Of a stretch of 64,000 nucleotides of DNA, positions 47,573 through 58,225 are shown piece by piece. The notes under the pieces are model-generated. The model saw only the letters and a program-made list of their open reading frames with translations, was not told the DNA's origin and did not search any database. Both the position numbers and the translations under genes were made by a program. The stretch comes from a virus: IMG/VR virus record IMGVR_UViG_3300048919_000048, positions 87,944 through 151,943 of that record, one strand, 5' to 3'. Every line of letters begins with the position of its first letter. The stretch's first letter is position 1.

Positions 47573-48174
47573 TGACGGCATACACCGGGATTGGTTCCCG
47601 TGAAACCCCGGATGAAGTCGTAGGCGTCATGGAGGACGCCGCTTACCGACTGGCCCGAATGGGGTTTGTATTGCGTTCCGGAAAAGCAGCCGGGGCCGAT
47701 GCGGCGTTCCAACGTGGGGCGCAGAGGTTTAAAGGTGCAAAGTGCGAGATCTTTATCCCGTGGAGAGGGTTCACAGGCGGGGATGGACTGATTAGCGATT
47801 GGGACATAACCTTGGATGCTGTGGACAGGCAATTCCCAGAACACGCAGAAATGCGTTGGGATTGGGTTAAAGAAGTGCATGGTGGATGGGAGAGATTGTC
47901 CCAAGGCGCTCGCAAGCTGCACGAGCGTAACGTCCATCAGTTGTTTGGTGCGGATCTCGGCAACGCCTACTTGAACCAAAGCAAGTTCGTGATATATTAC
48001 GCTCTTGAAACCAAGAAGGGTGATCCAAAAGGTGGTACTGCGACGGCGGTAAATCTGGCGAAGAAGCAGGGTATCCGTACCTTGAATCTCCTCCACGATA
48101 AAAACCGAGAGGTGCTTGAGAAGTTCTTGGTGAGTATGGAGGTTAAGCGTGGCATTAAACAAGAGCAACCTTAA
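47572..48174 (+). CDS. SLOG/DprA-like nucleotide-binding protein
   Basis: YTGIGSRETP, LRSG.A.GAD, RN, GGT..A. Confidence 0.75.
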   Translation: MTAYTGIGSRETPDEVVGVMEDAAYRLARMGFVLRSGKAAGADAAFQRGAQRFKGAKCEIFIPWRGFTGGDGLISDWDITLDAVDRQFPEHAEMRWDWVKEVHGGWERLSQGARKLHERNVHQLFGADLGNAYLNQSKFVIYYALETKKGDPKGGTATAVNLAKKQGIRTLNLLHDKNREVLEKFLVSMEVKRGIKQEQP

Positions 48175-48473
48175 CAACGCTTTTTCGTTGGGTAAGGACA
48201 AGAAGACAGGCAAGTGGTCTGTTGGACAGTGGGCAAATCAAACGCTGTGGGCCATCGACGGCTCCAATAAGCGGATCTGCTCCTTCAAGGAGATGACCCA
48301 TTGGCGGTATTTCCGTCAAGCGATGGAGCATGTGTCAGATGTGCCTTTGACACCGGGTGAACGTGTAAGTATCAGTGTTAAGCGAGGTATCAATGAGTGG
48401 TACTACGTTATTGACAAAATTACGTCAGATGACGGAAAATTTCACTACCTCGTCGGTATCTAAGGGAGAGTTT

Positions 48474-48950
48474 ATGGATAAGGGTATTTTTGCTACGGTT
48501 GAACATCGTAAGCTGATGGAGCTTAAAAACTGTGGCGCTGTAGATGCCGCTCGCCTGGAGGATCTGGCGGAAGTTCTTTTCCTGAACATGAAGGAGGAGA
48601 TTATTGCTGTACGTAAGCTGGACACCAAAAAGGGATTCTGGGGCCGCTTGTTTAATCTGTCCATGCCAGTGGAACAAGAAGTTCCTCTGATGTTCTCTAC
48701 CCGGCAGGAGCTTGTTGACCACCTGTCCGAGATCGAGGTTCCGAGCCTCCTCTGTCCTGTCACAGAAGAGGGGAAGGAGCGCTTGGTGTTTGTTCACCGG
48801 GCGGCGAAGTACGCCGAGGAGGCTGTTAAGATCCTCGACATGTTTAAGCGTCACCACGAGGTGATTGTGGATTCAGATCGTTCCCAAGTGATCGACTGGA
48901 TTCTCCAGAACCACATTCGTGTCCGTACTGAACTGAGCAAGGGGGCCTGA
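48474..48950 (+). CDS. Hypothetical protein
   Basis: GGAG RBS; KKGFWGRLF motif. Confidence 0.6.
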   Translation: MDKGIFATVEHRKLMELKNCGAVDAARLEDLAEVLFLNMKEEIIAVRKLDTKKGFWGRLFNLSMPVEQEVPLMFSTRQELVDHLSEIEVPSLLCPVTEEGKERLVFVHRAAKYAEEAVKILDMFKRHHEVIVDSDRSQVIDWILQNHIRVRTELSKGA

Positions 48951-49960
48951 TGGAAGAGCAAGATATTATCGATCCAACGTACCGTGGCAATATCTGGTGT
49001 ACACCGCAGGAGCGTATGGACTGGCGTCTGTATGTGACAGAACTCGGGGATGATCCAAAGAATCATATCGAAGCTTTGGATATGATCCGGACGGCGGAAG
49101 AGGAAGATACAGTAGAGGTTCTGATCACCTCTCCGGGAGGATACTGCAACATCGCCGATATGTACTTGGCGGCTTTTGCTGACAGCAAGGCCAAGATCAT
49201 CACCCGTGCAATCGGGGAATGCTGCTCTGCGGCGACAACGATTTTCTTGGCAGGCCATGAGCGGGTGTGTGATGATGGCTGTTACTTCATGTTCCACAAC
49301 GTGCAGTTCGGTGGTCTCGGTGGAGATTCTGCAAATGTGTTCGGAAGAACCAAGTTCTACGAACGCCTGTTCAAGGAGAAGTCCTACCACCAAATGGCGG
49401 AAGTCCTGAACAAAGAAGAATTGGCTGAACTGTTTGACCGTGCCGGGGAAGTTTACCTGTCCGCAGCGGAAATGCGTGAACGTCTACAAAACAGTGAACG
49501 TCGTAGGGAGACGCTGAACTTACCGGAGACGGTAGCTGGGGTATGGGACGGTAAACCCGGGGCTGTTATGCGATTTGGGGATGGCAACATGCTGGGGTAT
49601 GGTATCACTGTAAGCCCAGAGGCCCGTGGGGAACTCACACCGAAGGAATGGTGGGATCTTGTGATTAAGAACCCAATGCGTGGAACCTCAACGTCTACGG
49701 TGAGTCTGCCATTCCCAGAGACGAAGGTGCGTTCGGCAACGGAGTTTGAACAAGGTGATGAGTTCGAGATCACCTTGGACGACGGGTACAAAAAGACTTT
49801 CCGCTTAAGCACCCTGGGTCCTCGTGACTTTGCAGAGTACAATACTGACGAGATCGTCGAGATGGGGCAGGCGTTCGGTGCAGATCTGAGTGGTATGCCA
49901 TATTATCAGGCGGTTGATGCACTGATTGAGGAAATTCAGAACGGCGGGGGTGAGCAGTAA
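48950..49960 (+). CDS. ClpP-like serine protease
   Basis: ITSPGG, CSAATTIFLAG, FMFH. Confidence 0.8.
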   Translation: MEEQDIIDPTYRGNIWCTPQERMDWRLYVTELGDDPKNHIEALDMIRTAEEEDTVEVLITSPGGYCNIADMYLAAFADSKAKIITRAIGECCSAATTIFLAGHERVCDDGCYFMFHNVQFGGLGGDSANVFGRTKFYERLFKEKSYHQMAEVLNKEELAELFDRAGEVYLSAAEMRERLQNSERRRETLNLPETVAGVWDGKPGAVMRFGDGNMLGYGITVSPEARGELTPKEWWDLVIKNPMRGTSTSTVSLPFPETKVRSATEFEQGDEFEITLDDGYKKTFRLSTLGPRDFAEYNTDEIVEMGQAFGADLSGMPYYQAVDALIEEIQNGGGEQ

Positions 49961-50472
49961 TGGCGGCATTGAAGCCAAAGGGTGAGCGTAAAGAGTACGA
50001 CGTTTATGAAACACCCGAGTGGGCCGTCAAATGCCTGTTCGATCTGATTCCAATCCGAAAGGGCTGGACGTACATGGAGCCGTGCCGCGCCTCCGGGCGC
50101 TTTTACAACGAACTGCCGATTGGTTCGGCGTGGGGAGAGATCCGGGAAGGTGTTGATTATCTTAATACCTCTTACGATCGTGTGGACTGCATTATCACCA
50201 ACCCCCCGTACTCGCTGGCGCAGGAGTTCGTCGAGAAGGCGCACAACGATGCTGACGTGGTGATTATGCTTCTCCGCTTGGGGTTCTTGGAGAGTATGCG
50301 CCGGGAGGAGTTCTGGAAAAAGTATCCGCTGGACAACCTGATCACCCTGTCGAAGCGCCCATCTTTCACAGAGGACGGTAAGACGGACGGTGCCGGGTAC
50401 GGGTTCTTTATTTGGGACCCGCTCAAAAAGCTGAATCTGGCAAACCCGTTCTATTGGGTATCTCCAAAATAA
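49960..50472 (+). CDS. N6-adenine DNA methyltransferase (orphan)
   Basis: YETP, MEPC..SG.F, IITNPPY. Confidence 0.85.
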   Translation: MAALKPKGERKEYDVYETPEWAVKCLFDLIPIRKGWTYMEPCRASGRFYNELPIGSAWGEIREGVDYLNTSYDRVDCIITNPPYSLAQEFVEKAHNDADVVIMLLRLGFLESMRREEFWKKYPLDNLITLSKRPSFTEDGKTDGAGYGFFIWDPLKKLNLANPFYWVSPK

Positions 50473-51106
50473 TAAAAAGGTCACCTTCGGGTGGCCTTTT
50501 TTGTTGCATTGCGCCAGAGGATGTGTATAATGACAACCACTGAAGAGGAGACAACCATGAAATACGACATCTTTTACCGACCAGTGTTCACCAAGAAAGA
50601 ACGGAAACTCTCCGGCTACGAGATGATCGTGTACCCTCATGACTCCCCCCGCCCGGCGGGTGACTTCGACGTTATGACCATCGAGCCTGCGGCGGACAAT
50701 GAGTTCACCCGTTTTGAGAACATGCTCCGTAGTGGGTACGACCCGCTCAGTGATGTTTCTTTTGTTGACAAGCATCCGCTGAATATAATAAGATACCTGC
50801 GTGGTGAGAAAGAAATGCCCAAACGCACGATCGGCTGGGAAAAAGACATTGACCGCTGGTCTGTTAACTTACGAGGGGAGCGAGTATGAGTCATGTAGTA
50901 AGAGATTATCTGTTCGAGGGGTGCCAAATACCCCAGAAATTCATGGATGCGGTATACAGCCCCTCTTGGGACGCAAGAAACATGCGATTCCAAGGGACTG
51001 ATCAGGCAGACTACGGCGAAGCGATCACCGTGCGCATATCGGCAGAGAGCAATGAGACCTTGGACTGGTTCCTCGGCGAATGGACCAACTGGAGAGAGGT
51101 GAAGCA

Positions 51107-52426
51107 GTGAAAATTTATTTGGTTGGCGGGGCAGTCCGCGATGAACTGATGGGTGTGCCAAGCAAGGACCGTGATTACGTGGTTGTTGGCTCAACCCATG
51201 AAGAAATGCTGTCCTTGGGGTTCGGTATGCCGCACGGCGCTGCCTTCCCGGTGTACCTGCACCCGGAGACAAAGGAAGAGTATGCACTGGCACGTAAAGA
51301 GCGCTCTACCGGGGACGGATACCACGATTTCGAAGTTATGTTCAGCCCGGATGTGACCATCGAAGAGGACTTGGCCCGCCGGGACCTGACTATCAATGCG
51401 ATCGCAAAGGATCTGGAGACCGGGGAATACATCGATCCATACGGCGGCATCCGTGACATCCAAAAAGGTGTCCTGAGGAACGTATCAGCGGCAGCGATGC
51501 GTGAAGACCCTCTCCGAATCTACCGACTGGCCCGCTTCCTGGCCCGATTCGGCGGCAAGTTTGTGGTGGACCACTCAACGATGTTCATTTGTGAGAGTGC
51601 AAAAGCGACACTGGCGGCGCTCCCGAAAGAGCGCAAGATGGCGGAGATCCGAAAATGCTTCGAGGACCAGAGCAATGATAACCGACCATCGTTGATGATC
51701 GATATGCTCTGCAATCTCGGCGAGATGCCGGAGGTGGCGAACCTGCGTGGTGCTTTACAGCCTAAATCTCACCACCCAGAGGGCGACGCATACATCCACA
51801 CCCTCCTGTGCCTGGATTACGCCCAACGCATCATGTCGGCCCCGGAAACAAAGTGGGCTGTTCTGTGCCATGACCTCGGTAAAGTTCAGTATTTTGAGTA
51901 CGGAAATCTGCACGGGCACGAGGAGTTCGGTGTTGTATTGGTTGAACAACTGAGTAATCGCTTCGGCGTACCGAACAAATGGGTGGACCTCGCCAAGCGT
52001 GTTTGTGCCGATCACACCCGTCTGCACCGGATCATGGATCTGAAGCCACGCAAGGTGTTTGAGTTGATTGAGCGTATCAAGGCTCATAAGCCGGACGAAA
52101 ATCACTTTGCCTTGAAGTTTATGGAGGCTTGCCTGTGTGATGCACGGGGCCGTGGCCCAGAGAAAATGTTTGACATCTACGATCAGCCTCATGTATTATG
52201 GGCCTGTGCTGTGGAGTTGCACAAGAACCGACTGGAAATCTCTGAGAAAAGCAAAGAGATCTCCGCCCGGCTGGCAGGTCGTCGTGAATTAATCTCTTCA
52301 GAGATCAAAGCGATGAAAGTAAAATACGTTGCCCGCGCCCTTGTCAGGGTAAAGGCAGAACTTAAAAAATTAAGAGAGGAGGAAGGTTATGACGATTCCA
52401 ATTTACCTACTTGGCGTCTGTATTAG
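51107..52426 (+). CDS. cca: tRNA nucleotidyltransferase (CCA-adding) with HD domain
   Basis: YLVGGAVRD, DRD, DLARRDLTINA, EDPLR..R.ARF, HPEGD, LCHDLGK. Confidence 0.92.
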   Translation: MKIYLVGGAVRDELMGVPSKDRDYVVVGSTHEEMLSLGFGMPHGAAFPVYLHPETKEEYALARKERSTGDGYHDFEVMFSPDVTIEEDLARRDLTINAIAKDLETGEYIDPYGGIRDIQKGVLRNVSAAAMREDPLRIYRLARFLARFGGKFVVDHSTMFICESAKATLAALPKERKMAEIRKCFEDQSNDNRPSLMIDMLCNLGEMPEVANLRGALQPKSHHPEGDAYIHTLLCLDYAQRIMSAPETKWAVLCHDLGKVQYFEYGNLHGHEEFGVVLVEQLSNRFGVPNKWVDLAKRVCADHTRLHRIMDLKPRKVFELIERIKAHKPDENHFALKFMEACLCDARGRGPEKMFDIYDQPHVLWACAVELHKNRLEISEKSKEISARLAGRRELISSEIKAMKVKYVARALVRVKAELKKLREEEGYDDSNLPTWRLY

Positions 52427-53803
52427 TGCGGTTGTGTGGTTCTTGGGAATCAAGATTCGCCAACGTGGGTATTACCTGCCAATGCCTCGTAAGTATGATG
52501 GCAATCTACTTGACCCGCTTGACAAGCCGGAGCGTATCGACTGGACACTCCTGATGCTTGGCTGGTTTATCATATCTGTGGCGTGGCCTTTCTGTTGGAC
52601 GGTGCTGATCCTGTTCTATGTTGTGTCGTGGGTAGTAACCATCTGCGGCTGGGTATGGGAGAAGACTCTCGGCAACGAAAAGTTCGCTCATAAAATTTTC
52701 GGGGTAAAAGGAGAGTAACATGTTTGCATTTGTGCGTGAGTTTGTTGATACCGTTTTCAGTTTCTGTTCCCTACCGTGGGTGTGGGTTCCGTTGGGTGTC
52801 CTGACGTGGGTGGGGACAATCTATCTATTCGCTAAGAATTCCTCCCCTTACGAGCGAGAGTTCCACATTGCTGTCGGGGCAGTTCTCGGGGTGATCTTCG
52901 GGTTTATCGCCCCGGGTGTTGTGGCATTTTCTCCAATCATCTTGGCCTTTGTTGCCGTCATCATGCTGATAGTTTTGGCTGGTGCCGGAGTGGCTAAACT
53001 TCTGGGGGTGGACGAGTGAAAGTATCCGAACTGATATCTGAGTTGCAGAAATGCAACCCGGAAGACAAAGTGGCGGTGCAGATCGACAAAGGCTTCGTGA
53101 CGATCGGCGGTACACCACGTGTCGGGGTAGAGTCTGCCCACAACGGGTTCGACTGGGACCACGGGACTGTCTTCTTGAAGCTGGAAGGCGGAAAAATGTT
53201 GACAGACATTTCTCGTGAAGAGTATACTGAGCATATCCGATACAAACAGTTGGTCAGCGGCCTTCGTGGCAAGCAGGACATTGAGCATTTGTCGAATATT
53301 TTCGTGAAAAAGGACTTCGTGATCAATCGACTTCTGCGACTGGTCAACGTCGAAGAACTTGAACCGTTCGAGGTCTCAGACCTCATTACTGATATTAGAG
53401 AGGAGCGTTTATAATGTTGGCACCAATGTGGCAGTATTTCACGATGATGATCATGTTCTCCCTGGCCTTTGTCTTAAATATTATCGGGGTGGCGGCGGTT
53501 GTCTTTGCAGACCGTAAAATAATGACCAGTGGGAATTACGACACGGCGTTCGGCCTGTTCTTCCGTGTTGTTGTGTCAGGCATTATGATGTACGCTTCCT
53601 ACTCCCTGTTCCAGTGGTACACCGGACCTCTTGGCTTAGGAATTTTGTTGGTACACTGGGCATCGGTCATCTCAACCTTCCTGTACTCCCTGAGCATTTC
53701 AGGCCGTAAGGTAGAGTACACCTTAGGGAAGGCACTTTGGGGCGCTCTGTACACAGGCGGCATGGTGATCTCGTTGATCGTGTATGGCCTGTCATGTCTT
53801 TAA
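52389..53803 (+). other. Cluster of four small ORFs, three of them membrane proteins (52389-52718, 52720-53019, 53414-53803)
   Basis: Multiple hydrophobic segments; coupled starts. Confidence 0.6.
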
Positions 53804-53890
53804 CCAAAGACTGTACCAACTGCGATAACTTCATCCGGGTTAAAAAGCCCGGATGGGTAGGTCTGTGTGATTTGCACGATTGGAGGATTA

Positions 53891-55015
53891 ATGGAAAATA
53901 CCATTGTGGCAAGTGGAAGGGTAAAAAGCATCGTAGAGAAGCTGGAAAGTCACAAAGACGTATCGAAGGTGCTGATGTTATGTCTCGCCGGATCTCATGC
54001 GTATGGGACGGCGACTCCGACTAGCGATACCGATATCCGTGGCATCATCGTGGCCCGCCCGGGAGTAATCCGGGCACCGTTCCGAACCCTGCGTGAGATG
54101 GGGATTGAGGACGAGGAGGACGGCAAGGTTTACGAACTGAACAACTTCATGGAATTGTTCTGCGACATGAACCCGAACATCATCGAACTGGGATTCACCG
54201 ATGACCAGGCGACGCTGTATAAGCACCCGGCTTGGGACTATTTAAGGTCCTTCCTGCCACAACTGCTTAACAAGAACGTTGCGTTCCGTTTCGGCGGCTA
54301 TGCCATGGCGCAGTTGAAACGCATCAAAGGCCACAACAAGCATATCAACAACCCTATGCCGGAGGCCAAGCCTACCCAACTGGAGTTTTTCCGCTTGGTG
54401 CAGAGCTATCTCGACGTGAAGGTGTTTAAGCATGAAGACTTTATGCGTAAACTGAACAACATGGAAGGCATTTGCACCTTGGTGCCGTTCGGTGCGGATA
54501 TCTACGGCGTTGTACCGGACCACCGTGAAAATGTTGGCCCGATGTTCAACCCGGATGGCTCGATCCGTAAGTTGCAGTACGACGAGATCCCGGAGTCTGT
54601 GAAAAAGCAGCCTCCTTTGTTCATCGTTAAGTATCTGAGGCAGGATCACATGGTTGCCAAGGATAAGCACCACAACTACTGGCAGTGGGTGAAGAACCGT
54701 AACGCCGCCCGGCACGAACTGGAAGAGAAGTTCGGTTACGACACCAAACATGCCATGCACTTGGTGCGACTGCTACGAATGGGGGAGGAAATCCTGGAGA
54801 CCGGGCAGGTTATCGTCCGCCGACCTGACGCAGATGAACTGCTCGGCATCCGCAACGGGACCCACAGCTACGATGATATCGTGGAATGGGCGTCCGACAA
54901 GGACAAACTGATCCGTGACGTTCTCTACCGCGAGAGTAAGTTGCCGAAGAACAGCAACAAGCGATTGGCGGAAGAACTGATCCTCAACGTCCAGGATGCC
55001 GCATGGGAAAAATGA
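53891..55015 (+). CDS. Pol-beta superfamily nucleotidyltransferase (RlaP/YcgL-like)
   Basis: GSHAYG.....SDTD.RG, NPNIIE, YDTKHAMHLVRL. Confidence 0.85.
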   Translation: MENTIVASGRVKSIVEKLESHKDVSKVLMLCLAGSHAYGTATPTSDTDIRGIIVARPGVIRAPFRTLREMGIEDEEDGKVYELNNFMELFCDMNPNIIELGFTDDQATLYKHPAWDYLRSFLPQLLNKNVAFRFGGYAMAQLKRIKGHNKHINNPMPEAKPTQLEFFRLVQSYLDVKVFKHEDFMRKLNNMEGICTLVPFGADIYGVVPDHRENVGPMFNPDGSIRKLQYDEIPESVKKQPPLFIVKYLRQDHMVAKDKHHNYWQWVKNRNAARHELEEKFGYDTKHAMHLVRLLRMGEEILETGQVIVRRPDADELLGIRNGTHSYDDIVEWASDKDKLIRDVLYRESKLPKNSNKRLAEELILNVQDAAWEK

Positions 55016-55503
55016 CGAACGGAAGAATGGCATATCTTCTGTCTGTCGATACACACCGGGCCAAAAGCCCGGTTATCTCTTGGATAGAAGAAAACATCCG
55101 GACAGGGAAGGCTAACCCGGATTACGGGACGGCGTGTGCAGAAGTTATTCAAGAAGTTACTATCCGTTTGGTTGAAAACGTGGACTACGAGGTTGAAGAC
55201 GGAAAGGTGATCAGTGTCATCACGGGCTGGAAGTCAACACCTTATTTTGAGAACCCGTCAAAACCAACTAAACAAGAGATTGACTTGCTGGAAATATGCG
55301 AGCATAATCATTTTATCTGGCTGAGAGGCATGTGCTTTGAGATCCTCGATATGCTGGACCACCCTCACTCATGTTCCATTGACTATCACATTATGGAAGA
55401 GGAGTGCAGCGGACCCGGGTGTGAGAGAACAGGGCCAGTAAACTACCACGGGGGTAGAAGCTGGCAATATTATTGTGGTGGCGGGCCGCGCTGCTGCCCA
55501 TAG
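55012..55503 (+). CDS. Hypothetical protein with Cys-rich C-terminus
   Basis: CSGPGC...YYCGGGPRCCP; ATGA-coupled. Confidence 0.6.
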   Translation: MTNGRMAYLLSVDTHRAKSPVISWIEENIRTGKANPDYGTACAEVIQEVTIRLVENVDYEVEDGKVISVITGWKSTPYFENPSKPTKQEIDLLEICEHNHFIWLRGMCFEILDMLDHPHSCSIDYHIMEEECSGPGCERTGPVNYHGGRSWQYYCGGGPRCCP

Positions 55504-55511
55504 GAGAAGAG

Positions 55512-56009
55512 ATGAGCAAAACTATCGCCAATATCCTCCACGAGGTTAAAAATCGTGGTGAATTGAACATCATCACTCTTGAAAAATTCAAGGTGCGTGG
55601 ACAGTTTGGTAACAAGTTCCAAGCTTTAACGCCAAGTGATTACAACGACTTCGACGCATTCACTTTCGAAAAGGGGCTGTACGTCCGTTACAACGGTGGG
55701 TGGTACGACGGGACAAACCATCCGATGAGTCCATTCCCTGAGTGGAGAGACAGCCTTAATGCAGGATACCACCTGAAGAAGATCGAGAAGAGAAACTACG
55801 GGTCCTTCGGAAAGATAATGGAAGAGCTTGAAGAGTTGAACGATGCTCATGAACAGGGGAGCAAGATCATGCAACTGGTCGAACTTTCCGATCTGTACGG
55901 TGCGATCGAAGGCTACCTGCAAGAGCGATTCCCGGGTATGGAGATGCATGACCTCAAAAAATTCTCCGACATAACTAAGCGGGCGTTCAAAAACGGGCAC
56001 AGGGGGTAA
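55512..56009 (+). CDS. MazG-like all-alpha NTP pyrophosphatase
   Basis: KIMEELEEL..A...VELSDL.GAI acidic motif pair. Confidence 0.6.
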   Translation: MSKTIANILHEVKNRGELNIITLEKFKVRGQFGNKFQALTPSDYNDFDAFTFEKGLYVRYNGGWYDGTNHPMSPFPEWRDSLNAGYHLKKIEKRNYGSFGKIMEELEELNDAHEQGSKIMQLVELSDLYGAIEGYLQERFPGMEMHDLKKFSDITKRAFKNGHRG

Positions 56010-56010
56010 A

Positions 56011-56604
56011 ATGAAATATCCAATCAGCGCTGAAGTAATTATGGATGCGTATGCGTGGTGGTCACGTTGGTTTCGTGCCAAAAGGGTGCCGGGCTTGGTT
56101 GACCCGGATGTGATGGCGCACACCTGCCCGCCGGACGTACACGATGATCGGCTATACGGGGCCGGGGCGGATACGGTCGTCGCATCAGCGGAGCAGTCTT
56201 TCATCCAACTGGATAAGGACGGGGAATTGGCACCTGGTAGCTGGATGGCATTGACACCGTGCTATCGTGACGAACCCGTTCTCGACGAAGTACACCTGCC
56301 AGTGTTTCTGAAGCTGGAACTGATCCGTTTGAGCGACGAAAAGAATTTCTATACCCGTTCCGATGCCATGTGGCTGGCTGGGGAAATGCAGAAGTTCTTC
56401 AGCGAGTTCTACGGGATGCCGACTGAACTCGTAGAAACGATGGATGGGTTCGATGTCATGTATGACGGTCTGGAACTTGGATCGTTCGGAGTCAGGCGGA
56501 CCATGACCGGAAAATCGTATGTTTATGGCACCGGATTAGCCGAGCCGAGAGCATCGATCGCACTGATGCGTTTCCAGCAAAAATGTGAAAGCACTTTTGA
56601 CTAA
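56011..56604 (+). CDS. Minimal class II aminoacyl-tRNA synthetase (SerRS-like) catalytic core
   Basis: Motif 1 VPGLVDPDVMAHT, SAE, motif 2 PCYRDE...F.KLE, ELGS, motif 3 GTGLAEPR. Confidence 0.7.
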   Translation: MKYPISAEVIMDAYAWWSRWFRAKRVPGLVDPDVMAHTCPPDVHDDRLYGAGADTVVASAEQSFIQLDKDGELAPGSWMALTPCYRDEPVLDEVHLPVFLKLELIRLSDEKNFYTRSDAMWLAGEMQKFFSEFYGMPTELVETMDGFDVMYDGLELGSFGVRRTMTGKSYVYGTGLAEPRASIALMRFQQKCESTFD

Positions 56605-56809
56605 AAATTCATTGCAAGGTTATGCCTATTGACCAGATCCCGACGATAGGCATTTTCGATGTATTAAAATCTATTTTACGGATTTAAATGTGAAACGGAG
56701 ATTTTGTTGTGTAAAATGACAACACGCCCTCTTTGTCAATAGTTTTCTGTTGTATTTTTGCATAACATGGTAAAATGGTTGTGCGGAATCTTACAACGGG
56801 AGGAAGGCT

Positions 56810-57253
56810 ATGTTTTACGCATACGTTCATCAACTTCCGATGGTAGAGGGTAACCTCGACCTGATCCGAGGAGATCGTCTTGAGTACCCCAGTGGGTCTA
56901 TCCGCCGGGCCAAGGCCGACACTTGGGGATTCAGGGCATATGTCTTGGAGGATAAGGTCCGAGGGGTTACTTACCGGGTAAATCGTCAAGGAATGGTGGT
57001 TGAGACACCTTCCGGGCCGATACCAGTCCCGAACCCCGGAGAGTTGAAGCACACTCCATTTGCCGTCTCTGGCGAGGAGGGGGAGATTAATGCATTCTTG
57101 ACGCTCTGCAAGAAGATCGTTGCGGACCACAAGAAACAGAACTCTCTTTCAAACCGTGTTCGGCGTTTCACACGCAAGCCTTTCGGGATCATCCTGATCG
57201 CCGGGGCTGCAATCTACACCATTGTGACAGTCATCGTGCTGTTCTTTGGATAA
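56810..57253 (+). CDS. C-terminally anchored membrane protein
   Basis: Own TGGTAAAAT promoter, C-terminal TM, downstream terminator hairpin. Confidence 0.6.
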   Translation: MFYAYVHQLPMVEGNLDLIRGDRLEYPSGSIRRAKADTWGFRAYVLEDKVRGVTYRVNRQGMVVETPSGPIPVPNPGELKHTPFAVSGEEGEINAFLTLCKKIVADHKKQNSLSNRVRRFTRKPFGIILIAGAAIYTIVTVIVLFFG

Positions 57254-57300
57254 TCGGGTCGATCGTCGAAAGGCGGTCGGCCTTTCTTTTTGGAGGTAAT

Positions 57301-57708
57301 ATGAACGCAGGGTTGACCATAAAGGGGACGGTTGCAAGCGTACATGGCCTGCCATGCCCTCCCCAGGCAGTATGCGCTGGCGATACATATATCGTGGGTT
57401 CTGACCTCTATGCCTGGGACGGTCGTCAATGGAACTGGGTGGGTCCAATATCTGGCCCAACAGGTGGTTGGTCGGCGATGAAACAATACACCTTGACCTA
57501 CAACGGCGTTTCTGCAACAATTTGGTCGTCGAACGAAATAACATCCCTGTTCTTTGACCCAGAGAACCTTGATATGGATGATTTGGCGATATTTGAGACG
57601 ACGTACCCTGAAGATTACAAAGCCTTCGAGGCGGAATGGTCGGAGAACAGAGCAAGACAATTGGCATCTGATGAACTGAACGTGTGGAGAGACAAATATG
57701 TCAAGTAG
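57301..57708 (+). CDS. Fibre-knob + YPEE-family protein
   Basis: N-terminus matches knob repeat of 3495-6776; C-terminal FETTYPEDY. Confidence 0.65.
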   Translation: MNAGLTIKGTVASVHGLPCPPQAVCAGDTYIVGSDLYAWDGRQWNWVGPISGPTGGWSAMKQYTLTYNGVSATIWSSNEITSLFFDPENLDMDDLAIFETTYPEDYKAFEAEWSENRARQLASDELNVWRDKYVK

Positions 57709-58225
57709 AACAAGATACAATTTTAACCCAGACCATCTCCCGATTGGTTTGAGGTATCTCGGAGAGGTGCAGTCAGTAACAAATCTCCCAAATGATCCTA
57801 TGGTCGGTGACGTTGTGTATGCAAGGGACCAGCAAAGAGCTTTTGCTTGGGTGGGTGTAAACTGGTCAAACTTGGTATTGAGGCATTCCAGCCCTCAAAT
57901 ATCGCACGGTCTTGGTGGAGAGATACAGTGTATTCAACCGCCCCCTGTGTATGTTACCGATGGGCTTATGACCCATCAGAACAAATTGACTTACCGGGGG
58001 ATATCGTTTACCATCGAGTCTGAACACAACATAGCCGAGATGTTTTTGCAACAGCATAATCTAACCAAGCAAGACATGGGCATGTTCAAGATGATGTACC
58101 CTGAGGAATTCAAACAGTTCCGAGAGGGGTGGGCACACAGATGGGCGATCGAAAGAGCCAAAGAAGAATTTGACGAATGGGAGTTAGACTACTATGAGAA
58201 AAAGCCAAGAAGAGATTACCCGTGA
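57698..58225 (+). CDS. Fibre-knob + YPEE-family protein
   Basis: GLRYLGEV....LP....GD....AFAWVGVNW; FKMMYPEEF. Confidence 0.65.
   Translation: MSSRTRYNFNPDHLPIGLRYLGEVQSVTNLPNDPMVGDVVYARDQQRAFAWVGVNWSNLVLRHSSPQISHGLGGEIQCIQPPPVYVTDGLMTHQNKLTYRGISFTIESEHNIAEMFLQQHNLTKQDMGMFKMMYPEEFKQFREGWAHRWAIERAKEEFDEWELDYYEKKPRRDYP

Noticed and set aside
27856-56009. dZ or other hypermodified-base pathway suggested by two MazG-like genes
   Set aside because: No PurZ, queuosine-pathway or transferase genes seen in this window.
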